A DNA stretch of 59,239 nt, from NCBI GenBank assembly GCA_964567975.1, contig CAZMOW010000006.1, positions 1-59,239 on the forward strand, read 5' to 3'. Source of the stretch: an uncultured Anaerolineales bacterium. Lineage in GTDB: Bacteria; Chloroflexota; Anaerolineae; UBA1429. Below, piece after piece: positions 41,742 to 50,721 of the stretch. The notes beneath the pieces are model-generated. The model saw nothing but the letters and a program-made list of their open reading frames with translations. It was not told the DNA's origin and did not search any database. The translations under genes and the position numbers were made by a program. Position 1 is the first letter of the stretch, and every line of letters begins with the position of its first letter.

Positions 41742-44213
41742 CTAATGCTGCTCCCCGGACAACAAGGCCGCTGGCTCATCCAAGGCTTCGGCGTCCTCTA
41801 GTGCTATTTCACCGTCTTTCGCGTCGATCAAGACAACATCCCCTGGCCCAAACATCTTTTCCAACACCTTTTCCGCCAGTGGATCTTCTACCAGGCGCTG
41901 GATAGCGCGGCGAAGCGGCCGAGCACCGAATTTGGGATCATAGCCTTCCTCGGCGAGAAGATCGGCGCCAGCTTCGGTGCATTCCACCCGCATCTCGTGT
42001 TCCACCAGGCGCTCATTAACCTTGGTAATCTGCATGTCGACGATATTCTTGATGTCTTCTTTGGTCAGTTCGTGAAAGACCACGATCTCGTCGACACGGT
42101 TCAGGAACTCGGGGCGGAAGAGTTTCTTGAGCTCTCCCATGGCCTTGCCCTTCATCTCCTGGTATTCCGTCTCCATGTCCTCTCTGGCCAGGTTGGAGAA
42201 GCCTATGGCCGAATCCCGGGTGATCACGGAACTGCCGACATTGGAGGTCATGATGATGACGGCATTCCGGAAATCGACCATACGGCCCTTGGCATCGGTC
42301 AGTTGCCCCTCTTCCATGATCTGCAGCAGCATGTTAAATGCCTCGGGATGTGCCTTCTCTATCTCGTCAAAGCAGACGACAGAGTAGGGGCGGCGGCGGA
42401 TGGCCTCTGTGAGCTGCCCGGCCTCTTCGTAACCCACATAGCCGGGAGGTGCACCAACCAGCCGTGAGACGGTATGACGCTCCATGAACTCGGACATATC
42501 GAGTTGGATCAGAGCCTCTTCGCTGCCAAACATGAATTCGGCGAGCGCCTTGGAAAGCTCCGTCTTTCCTACACCCGTGGGTCCCAAAAAGATCAAAGAG
42601 CCGATGGGGCGGTTGGGATCCTTCAGACCGGCCCGGGCGCGGCGGATCGTGCGAGCAAGGACCTTGATGGCTTCATCCTGCGACACGATGCGCTCATGGA
42701 GGACTTCTTCCATGCGTAACAGCCGCTCGGACTCTTGTTCGGCGATGCGGGTTACGGGGATGCCCGTCCACATGGAGATGATCTCGGCGATATCCTCTTC
42801 CGTTACCTTGAGGCCGGAAGGATGCTCTGATATCATGGTCTCAAAGCCAAGCTGATCGCTCATGAACTGCAGTTCGTCGCGCATGTTGGCCGTGGAGGGC
42901 ACGATGGCGGTTTGATCCGTCGAGTCCCTTTCGTCTTCGCCTGTCGACGGCCCGCCGATCAGTCCCGATATCTCGTCGGGGTGTAGTACCTTGAAGACGC
43001 GCACACGCGAGGCGGCTTCGTCCACCAGATCGATGGCCTTGTCCGGCAGATACCGATCCGAGACGTAGCGCACGGCGAACTTGGCCGCCGCCTCCAGCGC
43101 CTCGTCCGTGATTTTCAGATGATGGTGATCTTCGTAACGACCCCGGATACCGTGCAGGATATCGATGGTCTCCTCTATGCTTGGTTCATCCACAAACACT
43201 GGCTGGAATCGACGCTCCAGCGCGGCGTCGCCCTCGATATGCTTGCGATATTCGTCCAGGGTGGTCGCCCCGATGCACTGTAGCTCGCCCCGGGCAAGGG
43301 CGGGTTTGAGGATGTTGGCGGCGTCTACCGAGTTACCCGCAGACCCCGCGCCGACGAGCATATGCAACTCGTCGATGAAGAGCATGGTATCCGTCGAGGT
43401 GATCTCATCGATGACGCGCTTGAGGCGTTCCTCAAACTGTCCCCGATACATGGTCCCTGCTACGAGGGAGCCCACATCCAGACGCACCAATCGTTTCGTC
43501 TGCAGATCGGGGGGAACCTTTCCGGCCACGATCCGCTGGGCCAATCCTTCCACGATGGCCGTCTTGCCCACTCCAGGATCCCCGATCAGGGCGGGGTTAT
43601 TCTTTGTCCGTCGGGCAAGAATCTGAATCACCCGCTCGATCTCTTGGAGGCGACCGATGACGGGATCCAGCTCGTTACGGCGTGCCAGTTCGGTCAGGTC
43701 CACGCTCAGCTTGTCGAGTACCGATTTGCTTTTGCTCTTAGATCTCTCTCTGGAAATCGGGGAGGAATTCGCGTTCTGCCGCATCAAGTTCAGCACTCTG
43801 CGGCGCACCACCTCATCGTTGATCTTGAGACTGCGCAACACCGCCGCAGCCACCGAGTCCCGGTTACGCAAGAGGGCCAGCAGCAGGTGCTCTGTCCCGA
43901 TATAATCGTGATCAAGTTTTTTAGCTTCTTCTATGGCTAACTGTATTACCCGTTTCGTCTGGTCGGCTAACTGTAAACTCGTCGAACTCTGCTCGCCTGA
44001 ACCCACTATGCTCCGCACGACGCGTCGCGCCCGCCCCACAGAAAGTCCCATATCCACGAGCACGCGGGAGGCGATGCCTTCTTCCTCGCGCAGGAGCCCC
44101 AGCAAGAGGTGCTCTGTGCCAATATAGCCATGGTTCATACTATGCGCTTCTTGCTGTGCCATACTTAGCGACTGTCGAGCCCGCTTTGTAAAACGGTCAA
44201 ATTTGCCAGTCAT
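41742..44213 (-). CDS. clpC: ATP-dependent Clp protease ATPase ClpC-like
   Basis: Two Clp-N repeats (YIGTEHLLL), GDPGVGKT and GPTGVGKT Walker A motifs, IGF loop. Confidence 0.93.
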   Translation of the reverse strand: MTGKFDRFTKRARQSLSMAQQEAHSMNHGYIGTEHLLLGLLREEEGIASRVLVDMGLSVGRARRVVRSIVGSGEQSSTSLQLADQTKRVIQLAIEEAKKLDHDYIGTEHLLLALLRNRDSVAAAVLRSLKINDEVVRRRVLNLMRQNANSSPISRERSKSKSKSVLDKLSVDLTELARRNELDPVIGRLQEIERVIQILARRTKNNPALIGDPGVGKTAIVEGLAQRIVAGKVPPDLQTKRLVRLDVGSLVAGTMYRGQFEERLKRVIDEITSTDTMLFIDELHMLVGAGSAGNSVDAANILKPALARGELQCIGATTLDEYRKHIEGDAALERRFQPVFVDEPSIEETIDILHGIRGRYEDHHHLKITDEALEAAAKFAVRYVSDRYLPDKAIDLVDEAASRVRVFKVLHPDEISGLIGGPSTGEDERDSTDQTAIVPSTANMRDELQFMSDQLGFETMISEHPSGLKVTEEDIAEIISMWTGIPVTRIAEQESERLLRMEEVLHERIVSQDEAIKVLARTIRRARAGLKDPNRPIGSLIFLGPTGVGKTELSKALAEFMFGSEEALIQLDMSEFMERHTVSRLVGAPPGYVGYEEAGQLTEAIRRRPYSVVCFDEIEKAHPEAFNMLLQIMEEGQLTDAKGRMVDFRNAVIIMTSNVGSSVITRDSAIGFSNLAREDMETEYQEMKGKAMGELKKLFRPEFLNRVDEIVVFHELTKEDIKNIVDMQITKVNERLVEHEMRVECTEAGADLLAEEGYDPKFGARPLRRAIQRLVEDPLAEKVLEKMFGPGDVVLIDAKDGEIALEDAEALDEPAALLSGEQH

Positions 44214-44302
44214 CTTTTCACCTTGCTTTCATACAATCAATCAAAAGACACCTTATGTACCAAGTTCTCCACCTCGATATAATACTCCAACATTACATGT
44301 TA

Positions 44303-44331
44303 ATTATATCAACTTTTGGAGTAGAAGGCAA
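44303..44331 (-). promoter_or_regulatory. Sigma70 promoter of the clpC operon
   Basis: TTGCCT-17-TATAAT with TGn. Confidence 0.65.
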
Positions 44332-44388
44332 GGCAGCGCGCTTTCGCAACGTGAGCATCGTATTCTATTTTCCCCTTTGGATATATGG

Positions 44389-45060
44389 CTAGGAGCCGAA
44401 CCAGAGGGTCACCATGCCTCCCACGCGGATTCCGCTGTCACTGGCCTGCACGACGCGCAGGTTGAGGCGCGCATAGATATCGTCGCGCAGCGTGCCTTCC
44501 CAGAATATAGAGTCGCCAACCTTGCGATAGGGATGACCCTCGATTCCCCCCAACTTTACCCCTTCATCCGTCTTCTCTTCGAAGACGATGGTCGAGCCCG
44601 GGATGACGCCCCCTTTGGCGATGCCATAGGCCACGGGACCACTGTATTGAAGGGGGGCCGAGGTGGAGATGGTCCCCGGCACCGGGTTGACATCTTGTAT
44701 GGTGCTCTTGGCTGTGCCCACGAGATGCAGTTCCTCATCTGTGAACCAGCCTATACGCAGTTCCAGATCCACGGATGCGCCGGGGTGGGGATGGAGACTC
44801 GCTGCCAGCGAGTCTCCCTTGCGCTTGAGCGCCCTTTGTCCCTCGATGATCAGATGTGCACCATCCTCATCCTTATAATCGTAGACGATGTCCGTGCCAG
44901 GTAGCTTTTCTCCGGCAGCGATGGTCAATGTGGTGGGAAGATTGTAGACGAGGGGATTCGGCTGCTTTGGCGACTCGCGCAAGCATCCCCCGAGTGCCGA
45001 GGGTAAAAGAAAGCAGACGAATATGAGGAACATGCAACGTTTAATCGTATGGCGCTTCAC
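44389..45060 (-). CDS. Hypothetical lipoprotein with an internal duplication
   Basis: Lipobox LGGC; two similar halves (LPGTDIVY...KRKGDSL / IPGSTIVF...RKVGDSI); promoter TTGACA-17-TAGAAT at 45106-45134. Confidence 0.75.
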   Translation of the reverse strand: MKRHTIKRCMFLIFVCFLLPSALGGCLRESPKQPNPLVYNLPTTLTIAAGEKLPGTDIVYDYKDEDGAHLIIEGQRALKRKGDSLAASLHPHPGASVDLELRIGWFTDEELHLVGTAKSTIQDVNPVPGTISTSAPLQYSGPVAYGIAKGGVIPGSTIVFEEKTDEGVKLGGIEGHPYRKVGDSIFWEGTLRDDIYARLNLRVVQASDSGIRVGGMVTLWFGS

Positions 45061-45176
45061 AGTAATCCCCTTCTCCCCCAGTCGTTGAGGTCAACCCTCA
45101 CCCCCATTCTACAAACCTGTAAGGCCCCTGTCAAAGTCCGTGGACGTGGACGGCTGCTCAGAGTGGGTCCGATGAC

Positions 45177-45272
45177 TCAAGCAGAGGTTTCTTCTGGCAC
45201 GTCGTTCAGTTCGGTAGATTCCGTCATCAATTCCTTACGGAGCTGGTCCTCTAGTGCCCGGATTTCACTCAA
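45177..45272 (-). CDS. Candidate 31-aa acidic small protein MSEIRALEDQLRKELMTESTELNDVPEETSA
   Basis: TTG start behind purine-rich AAAGGGAAGAG; helical, acidic composition. Confidence 0.35.
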   Translation of the reverse strand: MSEIRALEDQLRKELMTESTELNDVPEETSA

Positions 45273-45362
45273 ATTTTCTCTTCCCTTTCTCCGTTTCGTG
45301 CTCGATCCTCTAAACCTTGAGTATCGAGTTCTTGCCCTCAAAGAGGTCGGGGATACAGCCGT

Positions 45363-45553
45363 AAAACACACAGGGGACGCCACATTCTCCGTGACGTCCC
45401 CGAGGATGATAGATAGACGTTGCGAAATCCTCCCCAACGTTGCCTATTTGTTTCTTAAGAATATCGACTATTTCCCCATGCTGCGTCCGATGCCATTCCC
45501 CAATACGTGAAAGACACTCGCCAGTATGTGAGAGAAGTACCTCCCTCTCACAT
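45363..45553 (-). ncRNA. Candidate small RNA with GGA/GGAGG-loop hairpins and UGGGGA repeats
   Basis: Consensus promoter TTGACA-17-TAAAAT (45556-45584), hairpins, 11-bp terminal stem plus a U-rich tail, no convincing ORF. Confidence 0.55.
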
Positions 45554-45670
45554 CTATTTTAACATCTTTTCAATTTGCTGTCAAGGGTTGTTTCCATAAT
45601 CTCAGAATTGTAATTGCGTCCCGTGTTTTGCCTGACAATCATCGGCTCCATCGGGATCCCGCTTCCCAAT

Positions 45671-45699
45671 TTGACATCCTCGTTCATCCATGTTATATT
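45671..45699 (+). promoter_or_regulatory. Sigma70 promoter of the trp operon leader
   Basis: TTGACA-17-TATATT with TGn. Confidence 0.75.
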
Positions 45700-45719
45700 C
45701 TCGCTACAATATCATACAC

Positions 45720-46075
45720 GAAACGTTGACCAAGAGTAGTAGGCCGCATGGCAGAGCCCAGAGAGTCGGTGGTTGGTGTGAATCCGATGCTCACAGTGCG
45801 GTTGAATGGACTTGCGAGTTGTGTAGCAAAAGGGTGTTTGAACCCAAGTAGCCTGCACCGGTGACGCCCCGTTAGTCGAGCGCGGGATATCGGGCATCCG
45901 TACAATGATATGGTCGGAGCCCCGTATTCGTCGAGAGAGGCTGGTGTACCCGTCTTTTGACGGGTTTTTTTGTTATAGGCCAGTCTAATGTGGGTGGCAC
46001 CGCGGGGGGATTTGCCCCTCGTCCCGCTGAATCTCCTATTCGCGGCGGATAGGAGGCGGGACGAGGGGCTTTTTG
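45720..46075 (+). ncRNA. T-box riboswitch (Trp), transcriptional
   Basis: AGTA, AGAGA and GGTGTGAA stem I motifs; specifier GAA-TGG-A (UGG at 45807-45809); AGTA and CCGTTA stem II motifs; T-box TGGCACC at 45995-46001; terminator GCCCCTCGTCCCGC...GCGGGACGAGGGGC-T5. Confidence 0.95.
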
Positions 46076-46097
46076 TATGTCTGGAGGGAGAATTTTC

Positions 46098-47573
46098 ATG
46101 GTGGCAACGCTGGAAAAGTCTGTAATTTCGAGTCGTGAGTTGCAGCCGGTTATTCGTGAACTGCCGGCCGATGTAGATACGCCGATCTCCGTGTACCTTA
46201 AACTGCGGGGCCTCGGGTCATCGTTCCTCCTGGAGAGCGTTGAGGGGGGCGAGCATCTGGCCCGCTATTCGATGATCGGCACGCAGCCCAGAGCTATTCT
46301 GCGGTCGTGGGGAGACCGGGGGGTGCTGGAGGAAGAGGGGCGCTGGGAAGAGTTCGCCCTGGACGGGGAGGATGTCCTGGATGTGCTACGGGCCTACCTT
46401 CCCACCTATGCCTCAGAGCGCCAGGAGGGGTTGCCTCGTTTCACGGGTGGGGCGGTGGGCTATATGGGGTACGATCTGGTGCGCTCCTTTGAGCGGCTGC
46501 CCGATTCCGCCCCAGATACCCTGGAACTGCCAGAGGCCGTCTTTTTGATAAGCGACCGTCTGGTGATCTATGATCATGCCCGCCATTGCCTGCTGGCCAT
46601 CGCGCACGCCGATCCCGCCGATGCCGGCTCCGTGCGCGAAGCCGAGGCGGCACTGGACGAGATGGTGGCCCGTCTGCAGCGTCCCCTGCCCACGCCCCAC
46701 GCGCCTGCCGGGGATGCTCCGGAGATGGAAGGGGAGGAGTTCACCTCCGCTTTTTCTCAGCAGGCCTTTGAGGAGGCGGTGTGCAAGACCAAGGAGTATA
46801 TCGCCGCTGGGGATATCTTTCAGGCGGTGATCTCGCGGCGAATTCACCGCCGCACAGAGGCCCAACCCCTCGATGTATACCGTGCGCTGCGGCGGGTGAA
46901 TCCCTCTCCTTACATGTTCTATCTGGAGCTCCCAGACGGCCTGCGTCTCATCGGCTCCTCGCCAGAGGTGCTGGTGCGTCTGGATCGGGGCGTGGCCGAG
47001 AGCCGTCCCCTGGCGGGGACGCGCCCCAGGGGTGAGACGGCTGAGGAGGACGAGACGCTTTCCAAAGAACTCCTGGCGGACCCCAAGGAGCGCGCCGAGC
47101 ATGTGATGCTGGTCGACCTGGCGCGGAACGATCTCGGTCGCGTATGCCGTTTCGGCACAATAAGTACTCCCACCATGATGGAGATAGAGCGCTATTCTCA
47201 CGTCATGCACATCGTCTCCGAGGTGCGGGGGGAGTTGGAGGACTCTGAGGATGCATTCGACCTGTTACGCGCCTGCTTCCCCGCGGGGACGGTCTCTGGC
47301 GCTCCCAAGGTGCGGGCCATGGAGATCATCGAGGAGTTGGAGCCCGAGCGGCGAGGGCCCTATGCTGGTGCCGTGGGCTACTTTGGGTTCTCTGGCAATA
47401 TGGATACCTGTATCACCATCCGCACCATCGTCATGCAGGGGCAGGAGGTCTACCTGCAGGCAGGGGCCGGGATCGTCGCCGATTCCCAGCCCGCAAAAGA
47501 ATTCGAGGAAACGAACAACAAGCTCCGTGCTCTGTCCCAGGCCCTATTGTTGGCCGAGCGTGGGGAACTGTGA
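46098..47573 (+). CDS. trpE: Anthranilate synthase component I
   Basis: LLESVEGG, NPSPYM, PLAGT, EHVMLVDLARND, PAGTVSGAPK. Confidence 0.96.
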   Translation: MVATLEKSVISSRELQPVIRELPADVDTPISVYLKLRGLGSSFLLESVEGGEHLARYSMIGTQPRAILRSWGDRGVLEEEGRWEEFALDGEDVLDVLRAYLPTYASERQEGLPRFTGGAVGYMGYDLVRSFERLPDSAPDTLELPEAVFLISDRLVIYDHARHCLLAIAHADPADAGSVREAEAALDEMVARLQRPLPTPHAPAGDAPEMEGEEFTSAFSQQAFEEAVCKTKEYIAAGDIFQAVISRRIHRRTEAQPLDVYRALRRVNPSPYMFYLELPDGLRLIGSSPEVLVRLDRGVAESRPLAGTRPRGETAEEDETLSKELLADPKERAEHVMLVDLARNDLGRVCRFGTISTPTMMEIERYSHVMHIVSEVRGELEDSEDAFDLLRACFPAGTVSGAPKVRAMEIIEELEPERRGPYAGAVGYFGFSGNMDTCITIRTIVMQGQEVYLQAGAGIVADSQPAKEFEETNNKLRALSQALLLAERGEL

Positions 47574-47588
47574 ATGTGGAGGTGAATT

Positions 47589-49220
47589 ATGATTGCCGTG
47601 ATCGATAATTACGATTCCTTTACCTACAATCTCGTACAGTATCTGGGAGAACTGGGGGCTGAATCCCACGTCTTTCGCAACGATTCTGTCACCGTGGAAG
47701 AGCTGGCGGCCATGGAGCCGTCCCACCTTGTGATCTCGCCCGGGCCGGGGAGGCCTGAGACCGACGCTGGGGTTAGTAATCGGGCCATAGAGTATTTCCA
47801 TGGGCGAATCCCCATCCTTGGAGTCTGTCTGGGGCACCAGTGCATCGCGCATACCTTTGGCGCGCGGGTGGAGCGGGCCTCTCGGCTGATGCATGGCAAG
47901 GTCTCCCACATCATGCACCGGGGGGATAAACTTTTTGACGGCGTGCCCACCTTTTTCGAGGCCACGCGGTACCATTCCCTGATCGTCAAGGAACCCCTCT
48001 CCAAGGAGCTACAAGTCATCGCCCATACGCCCGAGGGGGAGATCATGGCCCTTTGCCATCGCGATGCCCCCACCTATGGGGTGCAGTTCCATCCCGAGTC
48101 TATCCTGACGCCCCATGGCAGGCGACTGTTGAGGAACTTTTTAGAGATAGCGAAAAAAGGGGGCACGTCTGGAACCTCGGAAGGGACGGGCGGCACCATA
48201 GAGCTGTCCACCGCCCTTGAGCGGACGCTGTCCTACGGGCACCTTTCCCCCACCGAGGCGGAAGCGGTGATGACGCGCATCATGGACGGCGAGGCCACGC
48301 CCGCACAGATAGGGGCCTACCTGGCGGCCTTGCGGGCCAAGGGGGAGACCATCGGCGAGATCACAGGCTTTGCCCGCGCCATGCGGCAGCATGCCACGGC
48401 CGTCCGTCCGATGCGACGCCCCCTGATCGACACCTGCGGCACGGGGGGAGACGGGGCGCACACCTTTAACATCTCCACGACGGCCGCCCTTGTCGTGGCG
48501 GGAGCTGGCGTCGCTGTGGCCAAACACGGTAATCGCTCGGTCTCCAGTCGCTCTGGTAGCGCCGATGTGCTGGAGGCCCTGGGAGTGAATCTGGAACTCG
48601 AGCCCGAGGACGTGGCCCGTTGCATCGACGAGGTGGGCTTTGGTTTCCTCTTTGCCCCCTCGCTCCACCCGGCCATGAGATATGCCATCGGGCCTCGCCG
48701 GGAGATGGGCGTGCGTACGGTATTCAACATCCTGGGACCGCTTACCAATCCTGCGGGGGCCTCTATCCAGATCATCGGAGTCTATGATCGCCGCCTGGTG
48801 GAGCCCTTGGGGCACGTGCTGCAGGAATTGGGGTCCGAAGCGGCCTATGTAGTCAATAGCGCCGACGGGCTCGACGAACTCTCCACTACCGCCCCCAATT
48901 TTGTGGCGCGTCTACGGAATGGCCAGGTACGGTGTCTGACCATGGACGCCCTCGACTATGGCCTGGAGCGGGCGCCTCTGGAAGCGATCCAGGGAGGCGA
49001 TGCGGAGGAGAACGCTCAGATCACGCGGGACGTCCTGGCGGGAACGCGAGGTCCACAGCGGGACATCGTCTTGTTGAATGCGGGTATGGCTCTGGTGGCC
49101 GCGGCTGTGGCGGACAATCCCAAAGATGGCCTCGACATGGCTGCCGAGGCCATCGATGCGGGTCGTGCGGCGCAGGTCCTGAAAGAACTTGTCGCCTTTA
49201 CCCAGGGGGTGGCATCATGA
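47589..49220 (+). CDS. trpGD: Fused anthranilate synthase component II and anthranilate phosphoribosyltransferase
   Basis: IDNYDSF, GVCLGHQ, FHPES, then a Gly/Thr linker, then DTCGTGGDG, KHGNRS. Confidence 0.95.
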   Translation: MIAVIDNYDSFTYNLVQYLGELGAESHVFRNDSVTVEELAAMEPSHLVISPGPGRPETDAGVSNRAIEYFHGRIPILGVCLGHQCIAHTFGARVERASRLMHGKVSHIMHRGDKLFDGVPTFFEATRYHSLIVKEPLSKELQVIAHTPEGEIMALCHRDAPTYGVQFHPESILTPHGRRLLRNFLEIAKKGGTSGTSEGTGGTIELSTALERTLSYGHLSPTEAEAVMTRIMDGEATPAQIGAYLAALRAKGETIGEITGFARAMRQHATAVRPMRRPLIDTCGTGGDGAHTFNISTTAALVVAGAGVAVAKHGNRSVSSRSGSADVLEALGVNLELEPEDVARCIDEVGFGFLFAPSLHPAMRYAIGPRREMGVRTVFNILGPLTNPAGASIQIIGVYDRRLVEPLGHVLQELGSEAAYVVNSADGLDELSTTAPNFVARLRNGQVRCLTMDALDYGLERAPLEAIQGGDAEENAQITRDVLAGTRGPQRDIVLLNAGMALVAAAVADNPKDGLDMAAEAIDAGRAAQVLKELVAFTQGVAS

Positions 49221-50011
49221 TCCTGGATGAGATCGTGGCGGACGTGCGGGCGGTGCTGGAACAACGCAAGACAGATTGTCCTCGGGAGAGGCTGAAAGAA
49301 AGGATCGAGGGACTTGCACCCCCTCTGGAACTGGATGCGTCCCTGGGGCGGCCCGGTGTCTCCATCATCGCCGAGGTAAAGCGCGCCTCGCCCTCCCGGG
49401 GGGCACTGAACATGGGCCTGGATCCCGCCCAACTGGCCGTCTCTTATGCTCTGGCTGGTGCTCAGGCGATCTCTATATTGACCGAGGAACGGCATTTTCA
49501 TGGGCGACTGACGGATGTGAGCGAGGTGCGGCGAGCCCTCGGCGACGCGGATGTGGCATGTCCCATATTGCGCAAGGATTTCATCGTCGATCCCTATCAA
49601 CTGCTGGAGGCCCGCGCCTGGGGAGCAGACGCCGTCCTGCTCATCGCCGCCGTGCTGGAGATAGCGACCCTGGACGACTTGATGCAGCGGGCTCTGGCCC
49701 TGGGACTGATGCCCCTTGTGGAGGTGCACCATGAAGGCGAGTTGGAAGCTGTCCTGCCCCTCGAGCCCCCGGTGATCGGCATCAACAATCGTAATCTGAA
49801 GGATTTCACCGTGGATCTCGCCACGACGGAGAGACTGGTGTCCCGTATCCCGAACTCTTCCCTGATCGTTTCGGAGAGCGGGATTCACGGGGTGGATCAG
49901 ATGCGGCGCCTGTCGGCGCTGGGCGTCGACGCGGCCCTGATCGGTGAGGCGCTGGTAACGGCTGCCGATCCCGCGGCCACGTTGCGAGAATTACGGGAGG
50001 CGGGCCGATGA
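49217..50011 (+). CDS. trpC: Indole-3-glycerol phosphate synthase
   Basis: IIAEVKRASPSRG, LRKDF, GINNRNL, SESGI; ATGA overlap. Confidence 0.96.
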   Translation: MILDEIVADVRAVLEQRKTDCPRERLKERIEGLAPPLELDASLGRPGVSIIAEVKRASPSRGALNMGLDPAQLAVSYALAGAQAISILTEERHFHGRLTDVSEVRRALGDADVACPILRKDFIVDPYQLLEARAWGADAVLLIAAVLEIATLDDLMQRALALGLMPLVEVHHEGELEAVLPLEPPVIGINNRNLKDFTVDLATTERLVSRIPNSSLIVSESGIHGVDQMRRLSALGVDAALIGEALVTAADPAATLRELREAGR

Positions 50012-50067
50012 AGCGAGGCGGGCCGATGAAACGAGGCGGGCCGATGAGACGGGGCGGGCCGATGACG
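49996..50067 (+). repeat. 4 x 18-nt tandem repeat (C/G)GAGGCGGGCCGATGAnn spanning the trpC/trpF junction
   Basis: Units start at 49996, 50014, 50032 and 50050; they encode M(K/R)RGGP x3. Confidence 0.95.
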
Positions 50068-50721
50068 AAAGTCAAGGTATGCGGCCTGACCAACCTGAAG
50101 GACGCTCGCTGGGCGTGGCAGTGTGGCGCCGATCTGTTGGGCTTTATCTTTGTCCCCTCCAGCCCCCGTTACATTCCTCCCGTAAAGGCGGCTGGCATCA
50201 CAGAGGGGCTGCGGGCAGAGGGATGTCAAGTGCGTTTTGTAGGCGTCTTTGTCAACGAGCCATCAGAGTGGGTTCAGAAGACGGCGAAAACGTGTTCCCT
50301 GCACCTGATCCAGTTGCACGGGGACGAGTCCGCAGAGTATACTCACCGACTGGGCCTTCCTGCCATCGTCGCGCGACGCGTGCGCGGGCGCGTGCCCTGG
50401 AAGGAACTGGCCGCCTATGAGGCCTGGGGTTATCTGTTGGACAGTTATGATGCGCGCGCACGAGGAGGAACGGGCCGGACGTGGGACTGGGATCTGCTTC
50501 GGGCAGATGCCAAAGTACAGATGTCGGGACGGTTGATCGTCGCTGGCGGGCTCACGCCGGACAATGTGGCCACGGTCGTAGAGGGCGCGCGGCCCTGGGG
50601 GGTGGATGTCTCTTCTGGTGTCGAGCGCCGCCCTGGCCGCAAGGATCACGACAAGGTCAAGCGGTTCATCGGAAGTGTTAGGGAGGCGGAAAAGAGATTA
50701 TGCCAGAAGAGCGAACGATGA
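50008..50721 (+). CDS. trpF: Phosphoribosylanthranilate isomerase (core starts at ATG 50062)
   Basis: [29 protein letters not shown]. Confidence 0.95.
   Translation: MKRGGPMKRGGPMRRGGPMTKVKVCGLTNLKDARWAWQCGADLLGFIFVPSSPRYIPPVKAAGITEGLRAEGCQVRFVGVFVNEPSEWVQKTAKTCSLHLIQLHGDESAEYTHRLGLPAIVARRVRGRVPWKELAAYEAWGYLLDSYDARARGGTGRTWDWDLLRADAKVQMSGRLIVAGGLTPDNVATVVEGARPWGVDVSSGVERRPGRKDHDKVKRFIGSVREAEKRLCQKSER

Noticed and set aside
48932-49216. Long N-terminal extensions of TrpC (likewise TrpA 51815-51922 and RsgA 53971-54435)
   Set aside because: They overlap neighbouring genes. ATGA-coupled or motif-proximal starts give standard lengths.
49996-50067. CRISPR-like array
   Set aside because: The units are contiguous 18-mers with no spacers, and no cas genes are present.
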